IMG/VR virus record: IMGVR_UViG_3300034101_003783
Location: 32,001 to 96,000 of that record
Strand: one strand, 5' to 3'
Source: a virus
DNA: 64,000 bases
In this document: positions 1 to 10,800 of the stretch, in pieces
How positions within the stretch are numbered: the stretch's first letter is position 1
Layout: each line of letters opens with the position of its first letter
The notes under the pieces: model-generated
Database searches by the model: none
What the model was told of the DNA's origin: nothing
The model's input: the letters and a program-made list of their open reading frames with translations, nothing else
Position numbers and translations under genes: made by a program

Positions 1-6
1 AAAGTT

Positions 7-378
7 ATGGAAACAGTTATATTAATATCAGTTTTATCTACTTTGGGTGTGGTTGCGGTTGTAACATCAGTTGTGGTCATGTTTTCAAAGATAAAAGATA
101 AGGTTGGTAAAAATACTTTTTTTACTGAAGTTAAATCATTTCATGATTATATTGATCATATTGAAAGGGAAAGAAAGCACTCACTTGGTGAGATAAACAA
201 TCGTATTAATGATCTACATAAAGATTTATCAATTAAATTAAACAACTATAGTGACGAAGTTGATAGACGATTTACAGATTTAGAAAGACTAACTAAATTT
301 GACATTTCAAATCTATCAAGTCATATAGATTCGCGTTGTGATAAATTAGACGCAAAAATTAAAGAACACAAAAAATAA
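7..378 (+). CDS. Hypothetical protein, N-terminal TM anchor plus coiled coil
   Basis: Hydrophobic N-terminus (VILISVLSTLGVVAVVTSVVVMF) followed by a charged helical region. Confidence 0.6.
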   Translation: METVILISVLSTLGVVAVVTSVVVMFSKIKDKVGKNTFFTEVKSFHDYIDHIERERKHSLGEINNRINDLHKDLSIKLNNYSDEVDRRFTDLERLTKFDISNLSSHIDSRCDKLDAKIKEHKK

Positions 379-400
379 AAAAATATAACCTCATCTAAAT

Positions 401-429
401 AAACCCCATTTTAAAAGATGGGGTTTTTT
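401..429 (+). terminator. Rho-independent terminator
   Basis: AAACCCCAT...ATGGGGTTT stem followed by a T-run. Confidence 0.75.
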
Positions 430-452
430 AATTAATTTGATATTTATCTTTA

Positions 453-2585
453 ATGAAAGTTACTTTTAAAAATATTGGGGCCAATATAGACACTAAAAAA
501 AAAGAATTATTAAAAAAATTTTGTAAGTTTTTACAAAAAAATTATGGATTAAAAAATGATTTAACGATTACTTTTGTTGGTGAAAGAATTGGTAGAATGA
601 CAACAGGTAGTCAGCATAAAGAAAAAGGTATTAAAGTCTTAGTTAACAATAGAATGAATAGAGACATTCTAAGAACTCTGTCACATGAGTGGATTCATTC
701 TTATCAAAGAAATGTTATTGGCAGAGAAAGAGGTCCAGATATTGGAGGTAAAAATGAAGACGAAGCTAATGCGTTGTCGGGATCTTTAATAAAAAAGTTT
801 GAAAAGGAAAACCCTGATTTAGAGGATATAATTTTTGAAGGTTTTAAACCAATACATAAAAAATTAGAATTAATTAAAGAAGAAATATTAATACAAGATA
901 AGAAAAAAATTAAGAGTGATTTTATCTTAGAGATGAAGAAAATAGGTATTGATAAATTACCGTACTCATATTCGGCAATAAAACAATTTGTTGATCCTAA
1001 AACAATGGATATTCACTATAATAAACATTACAAAGGTTATGTAAAAAAATTAAATGATGCCTTATCTAAAAAAAATTATGGTGATTTAGATTTAGAAGAT
1101 ATTATAAAATCAATAAGTAAATACGACGATACTATTAGAAATAATGCAGGGGGAGCATTTAATCACGCATTATTTTGGAAAATGTTATCCCCTAAAAAAC
1201 AAATACCAAAAGGTGAGATCCTTAAAAAAATTACGGGTCAATATGGTAACATAAAAAAAATGAAAGACGAATTTAACGAAGTTGCAAAAAAAAGATTTGG
1301 GTCTGGTTGGGCTTGGTTAATTTTAACAAAAAATAATACTTTAAAAGTCATCTCAACACCAAATCAAGATAATCCACTTATGAATGTAATTAAGGGTGGT
1401 GGTTTTCCACTTTTAGGACTTGATCTTTGGGAACATGCTTATTATTTAAAATACCAAAATAAAAGAGACGAATATATAAAAAAGTTTTGGAATTATGTTA
1501 ATTGGGATTTTGTTAATGATCTTTTTATAAAAAAAACAAATAAAAAACCTTTAGATGAGTCTGTTAAAAATAAAAAATTAATAACTGAAAAAAAAGAAGT
1601 TTTTCCATTAACACCTACATCATTTAAAAATATTATTAATAAAGTTTATCCTATATGTGAAGGGAATACATATATGGATGGATGTTTAGGTAAAATAGAA
1701 ACAGATGATTGTAAAACAGATGAGGGAGTTATTGGTGGTAATTTCACAGAACAAAACTATGGTGGTATCGGTAATTGGTCGATCATAAATAGATTTGACA
1801 CAAATAGTTCTGTACATAAAGAAATACAGAAAATATGGATAGAAGAAACTGATGGTTTAGATAATTTTAGAGGATGGATTTTAAATAATATAAAAGATTT
1901 AGTTGGTAATGAAGGTAGATTTACTGAAAGGTTAGTTAGATTAAATAGTCAGATAATATTAGATGGTAGAGCAAATGAAAATTACGCAAAAAGTGTTTTG
2001 ATACGATCCTTTAAATTAAACCCAGAAGAGGAAAATTTAACTTGGAAAATAAATGAACGGTGTGCTGGTGATACAAGAGATAGAAAATTAGGTCAAGATT
2101 TTGATGTTATTATTGATAACATTTCTTACTTTATTCAAGTAAAACCAACTGTTTATACCTCCATAGAAAAATATGGTTCAGAAAGAGGTTATTATTATAA
2201 GGTACCTTCTTGGCATAATCACAGTAAATACAAAGAACAAAATGTTGATATAATTTTGTATGTTGATAAACAAAATGAAAAATATATAATGTTTAGAAAC
2301 GACTACACAAGAATCCAAACTGTTGCAAATCCATCAACTTTTCCTAAATTTTATGTTATATATTATGAAAACCCATTAAAAAGTAATATGGAATTTGAGG
2401 TAAAATTAGAAAAAGAATCAACAGAAAAAAAACCTAAATTACAAAGAGATGTTGATAAAGAAATTGAGTACTTTAAAGAAAGAATTCAATATTATAAAGA
2501 CAAACTAAAAGAGTTAGGACATTCTGATGAAATAAATGAAATGATTAATCATTATAGAAAAGAATTAAAAGAACTTATTAATTAA
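453..2585 (+). CDS. Multidomain protein: HExxH zincin-like domain + Fe/Mn superoxide dismutase (Mn-type signatures) + C-terminal possible PD-(D/E)XK-like domain
   Basis: SOD motifs LPYSY, HYNKH, NNAGGAFNHALFW, FGSGWAWL, NQDNP, DLWEHAYY; N-terminal LSHEWIH; C-terminal GQDFD...IQVK. Confidence 0.85.
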   Translation: MKVTFKNIGANIDTKKKELLKKFCKFLQKNYGLKNDLTITFVGERIGRMTTGSQHKEKGIKVLVNNRMNRDILRTLSHEWIHSYQRNVIGRERGPDIGGKNEDEANALSGSLIKKFEKENPDLEDIIFEGFKPIHKKLELIKEEILIQDKKKIKSDFILEMKKIGIDKLPYSYSAIKQFVDPKTMDIHYNKHYKGYVKKLNDALSKKNYGDLDLEDIIKSISKYDDTIRNNAGGAFNHALFWKMLSPKKQIPKGEILKKITGQYGNIKKMKDEFNEVAKKRFGSGWAWLILTKNNTLKVISTPNQDNPLMNVIKGGGFPLLGLDLWEHAYYLKYQNKRDEYIKKFWNYVNWDFVNDLFIKKTNKKPLDESVKNKKLITEKKEVFPLTPTSFKNIINKVYPICEGNTYMDGCLGKIETDDCKTDEGVIGGNFTEQNYGGIGNWSIINRFDTNSSVHKEIQKIWIEETDGLDNFRGWILNNIKDLVGNEGRFTERLVRLNSQIILDGRANENYAKSVLIRSFKLNPEEENLTWKINERCAGDTRDRKLGQDFDVIIDNISYFIQVKPTVYTSIEKYGSERGYYYKVPSWHNHSKYKEQNVDIILYVDKQNEKYIMFRNDYTRIQTVANPSTFPKFYVIYYENPLKSNMEFEVKLEKESTEKKPKLQRDVDKEIEYFKERIQYYKDKLKELGHSDEINEMINHYRKELKELIN

Positions 2586-2615
2586 ATCTAAGATATTTAT
2601 ATAAAAACAATCAAC

Positions 2616-3740
2616 ATGTCAATAATAAGTAACGAAGAAAGAGAAAGGTTATATACAAGAGTTAGACATATCTTGGGAGCTCCATTAAGATCTGTGGAAT
2701 TAGAAGATGAACAACTAGATACTCTTCTTGAATTCTCAATTGAGGATTACTCACAATATGTTCAGGATTGGCTAACTGAAAGTCAATGGTCAAACCTTTG
2801 GGGTTTAAACGTTGAGACTCAATCGTTGTCTAGGGCTTTTATGACAAAAAGTTTAGACTATGAGACAAGATATACATATGCCTATTCAAAAATAGTAGGA
2901 CTACAAGCCGGAGGGGATTGGGTTTTAAAGAAAGACTATATACAATTACAGGCAAAACAACAAATTTATGAAATACCTGCAGGAAGAGAATTAAATGAAT
3001 TACTTTGGTTTACACCACCTGAGATGAATAATTTATTATTTGATCCTTGGGCTTTTGGGGGTATTGCGGGTGGGGGTATTTCAGGACCAGCAGGATACGC
3101 TCAGGTTGGTAATGTATCGGGAAGTTACTTTTTAATGCCGGCATTTGATATGTTATTAAGAATGCAAGAGATAAATATCCAAAGAAGGATAATTGCAGGA
3201 GATCTTACATATAGAGTTACCGCTTTACCTGACGGTAAAAAGGCGATTCATTTAATGAACACTCCTGGTGGTAAATTTGACTTTGGTAACTCAACTTTAA
3301 TGAGAGGTAAAGTTTGGTATTGGTATTATGATACTAATGATGGTGATAGAGATAAATGTTTAAAAGATAATCCTGATATAATTAAATTACCGTCAGATGT
3401 TCCATTTGATAAATTATCTTGGGATGATCTTAATAATCCAGCCCAAATTTGGGTTAGAAGATGGTTCGTTGCTTCGGCAAAAGAATTACTATCAAAGGTT
3501 AGAGGTAAATTTAGTGGTAATCTTAAAACACCTGATGGAGATTTAACTATGGAATATGCAACTTTAGCCACTGAAGGTAAAGATGAAAAGACAAAATTAA
3601 TAGAAGAGTTAACAGGGGCTGAAGGTAAATTAACAAGATTAAGACCTGATAAAGTTATGGAGAGGGAAGCTTTAATTGCCGAAAACCTAAACAAGTCTCT
3701 TAAGTTTAGAGCCATGCCAAGACAAATTTATGTAATATGA
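2616..3740 (+). CDS. gp13: Neck protein, T4 gp13-like
   Basis: N-terminal RHILGAPLRSVELEDEQL resembles gp13 LRRLGAPIINVEL; late motif upstream. Confidence 0.7.
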   Translation: MSIISNEERERLYTRVRHILGAPLRSVELEDEQLDTLLEFSIEDYSQYVQDWLTESQWSNLWGLNVETQSLSRAFMTKSLDYETRYTYAYSKIVGLQAGGDWVLKKDYIQLQAKQQIYEIPAGRELNELLWFTPPEMNNLLFDPWAFGGIAGGGISGPAGYAQVGNVSGSYFLMPAFDMLLRMQEINIQRRIIAGDLTYRVTALPDGKKAIHLMNTPGGKFDFGNSTLMRGKVWYWYYDTNDGDRDKCLKDNPDIIKLPSDVPFDKLSWDDLNNPAQIWVRRWFVASAKELLSKVRGKFSGNLKTPDGDLTMEYATLATEGKDEKTKLIEELTGAEGKLTRLRPDKVMEREALIAENLNKSLKFRAMPRQIYVI

Positions 3741-4081
3741 CAAATATACCTCAAAGAAAAAATGTTATTAAATATCAAACATCAATTGATATCCCTAAAG
3801 AAAATGATAAAGCGTTGATCATTTCTAAAGAACAATATATAACAAATGATGAAACCTTATTAATTGTAAGATCTGTTAGTAATTCTGAAGTTACATTAAA
3901 TTCTAATGTGACAAAAAGAATAGTTATAAAATCTTTAACCTCAGTTTTAGTTAAACCTGACTTAGGGTCAATTGATGAAGAATGGGATGAATTACTTTTA
4001 GAAAAAGGATCTTGCGTTCAATTCCAATTTGTACAAGGTAATTGGTACATACTTTCATCTGATGGGTTAAAAATGTCTTAA
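3737..4081 (+). CDS. Hypothetical protein (beta-rich, possibly structural)
   Basis: ATGA overlap with the gp13-like gene. Confidence 0.6.
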   Translation: MTNIPQRKNVIKYQTSIDIPKENDKALIISKEQYITNDETLLIVRSVSNSEVTLNSNVTKRIVIKSLTSVLVKPDLGSIDEEWDELLLEKGSCVQFQFVQGNWYILSSDGLKMS

Positions 4082-6876
4082 ACCAATTCCTCCCAACCAG
4101 GTTCTGCAAAATTATAAATATAATTAGGGTCAATCCCTACCTTTTCCCAAAACTCAACTTCACCTTCTTCCATTTTCATTAAATGATCATCAAGGTCATC
4201 TTGATCCTTTTCTTCAAAAGGAACCCCATTTATAAGTTCACACTGTTCTTTTGTGAAGAATACTCTATCTTCAGGGTTCTTAGCTAACAAACCATCTCTT
4301 ACTTCTTCTTTAAAAACAATAAGTAAAGGTTCAACCCTTTTATTAAATGTTGCTATCGCTCTTTGTATATTATACTCGCCTAACATGTCAGGATTGTTTT
4401 CAATATCGAACGGGTTTAACATGTAGGAATTTAATTGGATTATTGAATCCCAACTATTGTTAGGGTAAGTACCGTAACTTTCATAATAACTATCTAATTG
4501 TTCTTGTGCCCATCCTTTCTTTGGTTTATTCACTTTTTGTACATCCCCATGTGAAGCCTTTGTTCCATTATTAACATAATAAATAATATCACCAAGATTC
4601 ACATTAAGTCCATCTCGTATCGCAAGTTCCATGTGAGCCTGTCTTGACATAAGAGCACCTGCCTTAGTTGTTTGTTTACTTCTTTTAATGTAGTCGTCTA
4701 TTGTTTGTTTTACTTTTGATTTAGATGCAATCTGAACAAGAGGCACCTTCTGATCAAATATTTTTTGTAGGTATTCATAATAGTACTCAATAAATTCTTG
4801 ACCTTTACCCTCAAGTAATAATCTAATTCCTTTATCTAAAAATAACTCAATATATTTTGGCATTTTTTTAGATTTAATTGAGTTTCCTGTTAATTTAATT
4901 TTACCGTTATGTTCTAATGTCGCATAGTTTTTACGAGCAAGGTTAATACAAGAACTCCATGTACCGTCACAATCAAGACCCATTTCACCTTTCATAAATG
5001 TGTCATTGAACTCTGCAACATCCGCATCATAACCCTTGTATTCCTTACCTTCCTTAACTAACCAATTTAACCCTTTTCCAATATAAATACGATCATCAAC
5101 CCCACTTTCTGGCAATGAAAAGTTCATACCGTCAGTATCACACACAAGTGGTGTGTATCCTCTTTTAACAAAGAATTTTAACATCTGACGTAGATATTGC
5201 CTTCCCGTACACGTAATCTGTTCACCCATATCAATGTCCCCCCACGGAAACACTTGAGGGGCTGACAATGAGCCAAAGAATGCGTTAATAAAGATTTTAA
5301 TAGGTAATTGTTTTCTATCGTAAGATAATGATTTTTTCTTATCAATTCCTTTATATTCTGATGCTAAATTTTTATACATAATACGAGTACTACGAAAATA
5401 CGTAAGCAATCCTTTCATCGCCCCTGTAATGTCACATTCAGGAAATACATCATGTACTAATTGTATTGATGGATAAAGAGAAGAATAGTCAAGTTTTAAT
5501 ACGTCTTTTGAGTACCCTGTTTTTAACAGTCTTGATAATCCGCCAACAAATCTTCTTTGTTCTTTTTTCTTTGGGATTGCAAGCCCAAATTTGTATGACC
5601 ATGCAAGCATTATCATTTTCCATAATGTTGCGGTACCCATAGTTGATACTCTCTCATATGTTGTTGGAACGAGTGATGCTAATAGGAATGTACCTTGATT
5701 GAACTCGTCATCGACAACCAAAGTCTCCTCAAGGTCATCGTCAAGATATCTCTCTACCAAATCATCTCCTGTAGTTTTAATATAAATGTCAGACCTTCTT
5801 TCACATACCTCATCTACTTTTTCACTATCACCAACTCTTTTATATTTACCATTTTCTATGTTTAACCAAAATTCATTTTTTTCGGCGTACATAGGACCAA
5901 TCTTATTGTGGTCAATATAAATACGATCTTTAGCCTCAGCATCAATATATTTTGTAATATATTTCAAACCCGCCTCTTTTATGTTTGAATTAATTGCCTG
6001 AGCTCTACGAACTGAGTGTATAATATCAATCACATTATAACCCCACAACTGAACTTGATTGTATTTCTCAACTTCATTTGCAAGTTTTAACATTGATTCC
6101 TTTTGAGAGATGGTTCTGTTTGGGTTTAATGATTTGGCAATTTTTTTAATATCAAGATTTAAAGCCTTACATCTTTCAAATATCCAATACCAGTCAAAGT
6201 TTGCTGAATTGTATCCTGAAATTATTGATGGTTTTAATTCGTCTATTGTGTTAAAGAACTCAACAAGTCCCCTTCTTTCTTCATCTTCATTTTTACATTC
6301 GATGACTTTAAGAAATCCTTTATTTGTTTTCATTCCAATCATAAAGATACGACCGTCTTTTGGTTCTAATGAGGTCGTCTCAAGGTCAAATCCAAATCTA
6401 GTAATATCGTTATATTCCTCAAACCCTTTAAAAAGTCTTTTTTCTTTAGATATTAAATACTGTTCAACAGGAGGTAACATCAAGAACTTATCTTTTGTTT
6501 TTTCTCCCCAAGGATCTATCCCACCATCACGAAAAAATTGTGTTAGAGCTCGATATCCTTTCATAGATTTAACCATAAAAGTTAATCCCTCTTCTAATCT
6601 TTTATTATTATCTGTTCTAAGTTTATCTATTATAATCCCATACTTAGACATTGCCTCTTTTTGTAAAGCTTTTGATCCTTGGTAAAAATTTAAACCTTTT
6701 AGATCACCAACCCAAGCGAAAGCAATAAGACTATCCCTAACAATTGATTTACCTTTACCTGGAACTTCTTTGATTTTATAAATGTGGTCTGATACGTAAT
6801 CAAACTCAATAGCAACTATGTGCTCTTCAGGATCGTTTCCTTCAAGGAAACTTTTAATTTCTTCTTGTGATATCAT
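4078..6876 (-). CDS. Family B DNA polymerase (gp43-like); probable start at 6876 (MISQEE) rather than 6909
   Basis: ExoI DLET, ExoII YNSANFD, motif A DYSSLYPS, motif B KIFINAFFG, motif C DTDG, KNYA. Confidence 0.95.
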   Translation of the reverse strand: MISQEEIKSFLEGNDPEEHIVAIEFDYVSDHIYKIKEVPGKGKSIVRDSLIAFAWVGDLKGLNFYQGSKALQKEAMSKYGIIIDKLRTDNNKRLEEGLTFMVKSMKGYRALTQFFRDGGIDPWGEKTKDKFLMLPPVEQYLISKEKRLFKGFEEYNDITRFGFDLETTSLEPKDGRIFMIGMKTNKGFLKVIECKNEDEERRGLVEFFNTIDELKPSIISGYNSANFDWYWIFERCKALNLDIKKIAKSLNPNRTISQKESMLKLANEVEKYNQVQLWGYNVIDIIHSVRRAQAINSNIKEAGLKYITKYIDAEAKDRIYIDHNKIGPMYAEKNEFWLNIENGKYKRVGDSEKVDEVCERRSDIYIKTTGDDLVERYLDDDLEETLVVDDEFNQGTFLLASLVPTTYERVSTMGTATLWKMIMLAWSYKFGLAIPKKKEQRRFVGGLSRLLKTGYSKDVLKLDYSSLYPSIQLVHDVFPECDITGAMKGLLTYFRSTRIMYKNLASEYKGIDKKKSLSYDRKQLPIKIFINAFFGSLSAPQVFPWGDIDMGEQITCTGRQYLRQMLKFFVKRGYTPLVCDTDGMNFSLPESGVDDRIYIGKGLNWLVKEGKEYKGYDADVAEFNDTFMKGEMGLDCDGTWSSCINLARKNYATLEHNGKIKLTGNSIKSKKMPKYIELFLDKGIRLLLEGKGQEFIEYYYEYLQKIFDQKVPLVQIASKSKVKQTIDDYIKRSKQTTKAGALMSRQAHMELAIRDGLNVNLGDIIYYVNNGTKASHGDVQKVNKPKKGWAQEQLDSYYESYGTYPNNSWDSIIQLNSYMLNPFDIENNPDMLGEYNIQRAIATFNKRVEPLLIVFKEEVRDGLLAKNPEDRVFFTKEQCELINGVPFEEKDQDDLDDHLMKMEEGEVEFWEKVGIDPNYIYNFAEPGWEELV

Positions 6877-6938
6877 ATAATTATTTAAGTTTGGTTTATT
6901 AACTGTCATACAAAGATGACATTTACCTTACTTTTATA

Positions 6939-6967
6939 AGTATATGTTTTGAAAATATTTAAGTCAA
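6939..6967 (-). promoter_or_regulatory. Sigma70-like promoter for the DNA polymerase
   Basis: Minus strand TTGACT-N17-TATACT. Confidence 0.7.
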
Positions 6968-7519
6968 TTACCTTTTAGAAATTGGTACTGAATTATATAA
7001 TGTTTTCCCAAAAAAACTTTTATTTTTCATAGAAAATTCATTTCTAATTTTATTAGATTTAAATTTTTTTTCTATGATCATTTGAACAAAGTTATTGGCT
7101 TTATTCGCATCAACTTTATTAAGTTCTTTACCGTCATAACCAACTAATTGTAAGTTTTCTCTTACTTTATTATCAGGGTTTTTAACTTCTCTTGTTCTTA
7201 TTTGATCTATTATTTTTGTAGCAATATCACCCCTTTTTATTTCGGTTTCAAACTCATCTATTTTTTTATAACCGGACTCAATAATATTTTGTAATTCTTC
7301 AGATCTTTTTTTACTTATTTCGTCTTCTTTACCAATTAAAGAATTAAATTCTTTTCTATCCTTATTAAGTTTTTTATTAATATTGTTGTAAGACTTTAAT
7401 TCTTTATTTATTAATTCGTCTATCTCAATAATTACAAGTTCATCAACACCTCTAAATGCAAAAGTAGGGTGTGTTCTTCTTGTTTCTTTCATCTCATCTA
7501 ATCTTATTTTTGCTTCCAT
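6968..7519 (-). CDS. Hypothetical protein
   Basis: 183-aa ORF in a co-directional run; coiled-coil character. Confidence 0.6.
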   Translation of the reverse strand: MEAKIRLDEMKETRRTHPTFAFRGVDELVIIEIDELINKELKSYNNINKKLNKDRKEFNSLIGKEDEISKKRSEELQNIIESGYKKIDEFETEIKRGDIATKIIDQIRTREVKNPDNKVRENLQLVGYDGKELNKVDANKANNFVQMIIEKKFKSNKIRNEFSMKNKSFFGKTLYNSVPISKR

Positions 7520-7525
7520 AATTTT

Positions 7526-7870
7526 TTAATTATATACTCTTATTTCTATTGATACGTTATCTAATAAACCGTTTGTTTTTACTCCTGAAATGTTTTGAGT
7601 TCCAACATTAATTACATTATCACTTAATCTTCTTATTTTAATGAAAGCAATATCTATTGGTGTTATAAAAAGCATTGTCTTTCCTGAAACAAAATCGTTA
7701 TTTGTTGATGTTAATAAATACTCCCCTGTACTATCATATGTCCAAGTCATAGTAGACACAAAAGTATTATCTAACACAGTTACTGATGGTGGGGATGTTC
7801 CTACTTGACTTAAATTTGCAACATAAGTCTTATATGTATTATTACTTGATGTTATATATTTTGTTGACAT
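7526..7870 (-). CDS. Small tail-fibre-associated protein
   Basis: Coupled to the fibre gene; YVANLSQVGTSPP...SIEIRVY beta module. Confidence 0.5.
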   Translation of the reverse strand: MSTKYITSSNNTYKTYVANLSQVGTSPPSVTVLDNTFVSTMTWTYDSTGEYLLTSTNNDFVSGKTMLFITPIDIAFIKIRRLSDNVINVGTQNISGVKTNGLLDNVSIEIRVYN

Positions 7871-10800
7871 TATGAGTTTACGTTTACTATAATTAAATTA
7901 TCAAGAGCATCAAAATAGCTCAATCTATTATTACCTCCAGAATTCTCAAATAAAGTACAATTATATGAATTATATACATGTGTTGCAGGTGAAAAATCAG
8001 TACCCGTAATTTGAGTTTGTGTTATATTATATTGAAAGTTAGGACCAACAATATTTCCTTGGAAGTCATTAAAAATATTATTATTATTAAAATTACTAGC
8101 AATTTGATTTCCTACTATGTGGTCGCCAATTTGATTATCGAAAATATTTGATCCCCATATATTACCAGACACAAAAGGTTGTCCACAAAAATTACCTATT
8201 GTATTGTGTTGGAAATCATTACCTATATTATTACCATAAAAAGAATCATTTGTATGATTAGATGAAAAGTTTGTTCCTACTTCATTAATCCAAGAAAAAT
8301 ACCCAATTCTGTTATCTGTTGCAAAATCAGCAAAAGTATTTAAATTAAAAAAGTACCCAATTTCATTATCAGCAAAATAAGAACCTAAAGTATTTTCATA
8401 AAATATATCAGCAATACGATTAAAATTAAAACCATCTGTGATAGTATTTCTACTACATCCATAACCTATAACATTATTAAAATATCCTAAATCTGATGTA
8501 TTAACTGTTACATTATATGTAAATGACTCACCTATCACATTTTCCGCAAAATTATTTCTTATTATGTTACCACCATCACCGTTATCTACCAAATCAAAAC
8601 CAAAATAATTACCAATAGTGTTTCCTGAAAATTTATCTAAGATAATATTTGATATTCCAGTTGTTTTATAACTACCAAAATTATTTCTAATAAAGTTATT
8701 TTGGAAATATGTACCTATTTGATTATTAATAAAAGTATTACCTATTAAATTATTTTGGGTGAAACCGCTAGCCAATGGCTCAATTGTGTATCCTGTTATA
8801 ACTGCGGATGACCCACTCAAATTATCTATTGTGTCGCCAACAGTTAAATCACCTATAATCAAATTTATTATCATTTCATCAACCCCATTATCACTAACTA
8901 CTTCAGCACTTCCACCAAAACCATCCTCAATTGTTTCACCAATATTAAATGTATTTATATCTGTTATGGTGATAGTCGCATCATTACCTCCTGTCGTTAT
9001 TGTAATAATGTCACCAACAGAATAGTATGTTCCGGCATTACTTATTGTTACACTAATTATAACACCAAAACCATCTGTTGTAATATCAACAGTAAGACCT
9101 ACTCCTGTTCCTCCGTATGTTGTTGGTACTCCTGTGGAATTTGAGTAACCTGATCCACCATTATTTAAGTTTATTGTTGTTGGAATTCCTTTTAATGTCG
9201 AATACCCTACTGTTGTTACAACCCCTATTAAGTTTGCTCCTGTATCAGTTAAACCATCATTTCCAAAATAATTACCAATATGGTTATTTTGGAAAAATCC
9301 ACCAATTATTTGTTTTTCGTTTGTACACCCAAAATAATCCCCAATATCATTTCCTTGAAAATTTGGCCCTACTGTGTTATTAACAAAATAATTTTTTATA
9401 TTATTAAAAATAAAATTGTCATCTATAACATTTTTGTTAAAACCATTACCTATATTGTTATTATATGTATTATTTGATATTTCATTGTCTTGAAAAAAAT
9501 CTCCTATTGTGTTACCTAAAGGTATAACCGAATCAGTCCCAAAGTTATTTCCAATAGTATTAGATTTAAAATTATTACCTATTCTATTATATGAAAAATC
9601 AGAACCATTATCACCTTTTTGTGCATATATTGAATTCCAGGTTGTACCTGAAGGACTTAATAGTGAATTAAAACTACCCTCAACGGCTGAATTATAAATA
9701 CCACCCCCAATATTAGATCTTGTTATTTCTAAAAATCCAGGTATAATAACATCTATTTCAGAACCAAAATCTGTTTTAGTAAATAATAATTTGTTACCTA
9801 TAGGTGTTCCTACAGAATCATATTCTTGTCTTTCGTATTGGAATCCTCCATTATTTATTGACCATTGTTTAAAAATAATTGAAAAGTATCTGTCTGGTAT
9901 GGTATTAACTTTCATTATTAGTTCTTTACCAACTATTAAATCATCTATCGAACCATCTAATGAATCATTAAAGGTTACATAATTTCTATTTGATATAGTA
10001 TTAAAATCACTAAAACCAAAAAAATAATTATTAATAGGAGAGTTTCCAAAAAACCCATCATTAATGACGTTACTACTAAAATTATAACTAAATAAATTTT
10101 TAGTGGCGTTATTTCCAATACTGTTGGAGACAAATCCATCACCTATCGTATTACTAGAAAACTTATTTTTTATTACATTTTCTTTAAACGAATCATCAAT
10201 TATATTTGCAAAAAATCCCTGACCAATGTCATTCCCTTCAAAGACACCATAAATTATATTTTTTGTAAAATCATCATAGATATTATTATTATTAAAATTT
10301 GAAAATAGTCTAATGTTATCAAAATTATCTTTTATTGTGTTAGATGAAAATACAAAATTATTTTTGTTAAAGGCATCCCCTATAATATTGTTAGTAAAAT
10401 AATTACCTATTTGATTATCTGAAAATTGGTTATATATGATATTATTAATAAAATTATTACCTATTTGATTATCTGAAAACGAGGTTGAGTTTTCACCTAA
10501 AAATCTATTCGATTCAAATACATCACCAATAATATTATTGGAAAGATTACAATTTATTATATTATTATTAAAATAATAACCAAAAACACACTCATCGATA
10601 TCATTTGTTGAGACGTTTTCAAAACAATAATCCCCCCAAACGTTATTTTCATTGTCGGTACCAAAAGTATTATTGTAACTATTGTTACCTATTTTATTAT
10701 TATTGTATTCACCCTCTAAAAATAAATTATTTGATAGTAAAAAAATACCTGACCCAATATTTTGATAATTATTAGCATAATCACCAACGTAATTATTAAT

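Noticed and set aside
4078-6909. Intein or intron in the polymerase (also considered for terminase and capsid)
   Set aside because: Motifs are contiguous, with no intein splice motifs or homing-endonuclease signatures seen
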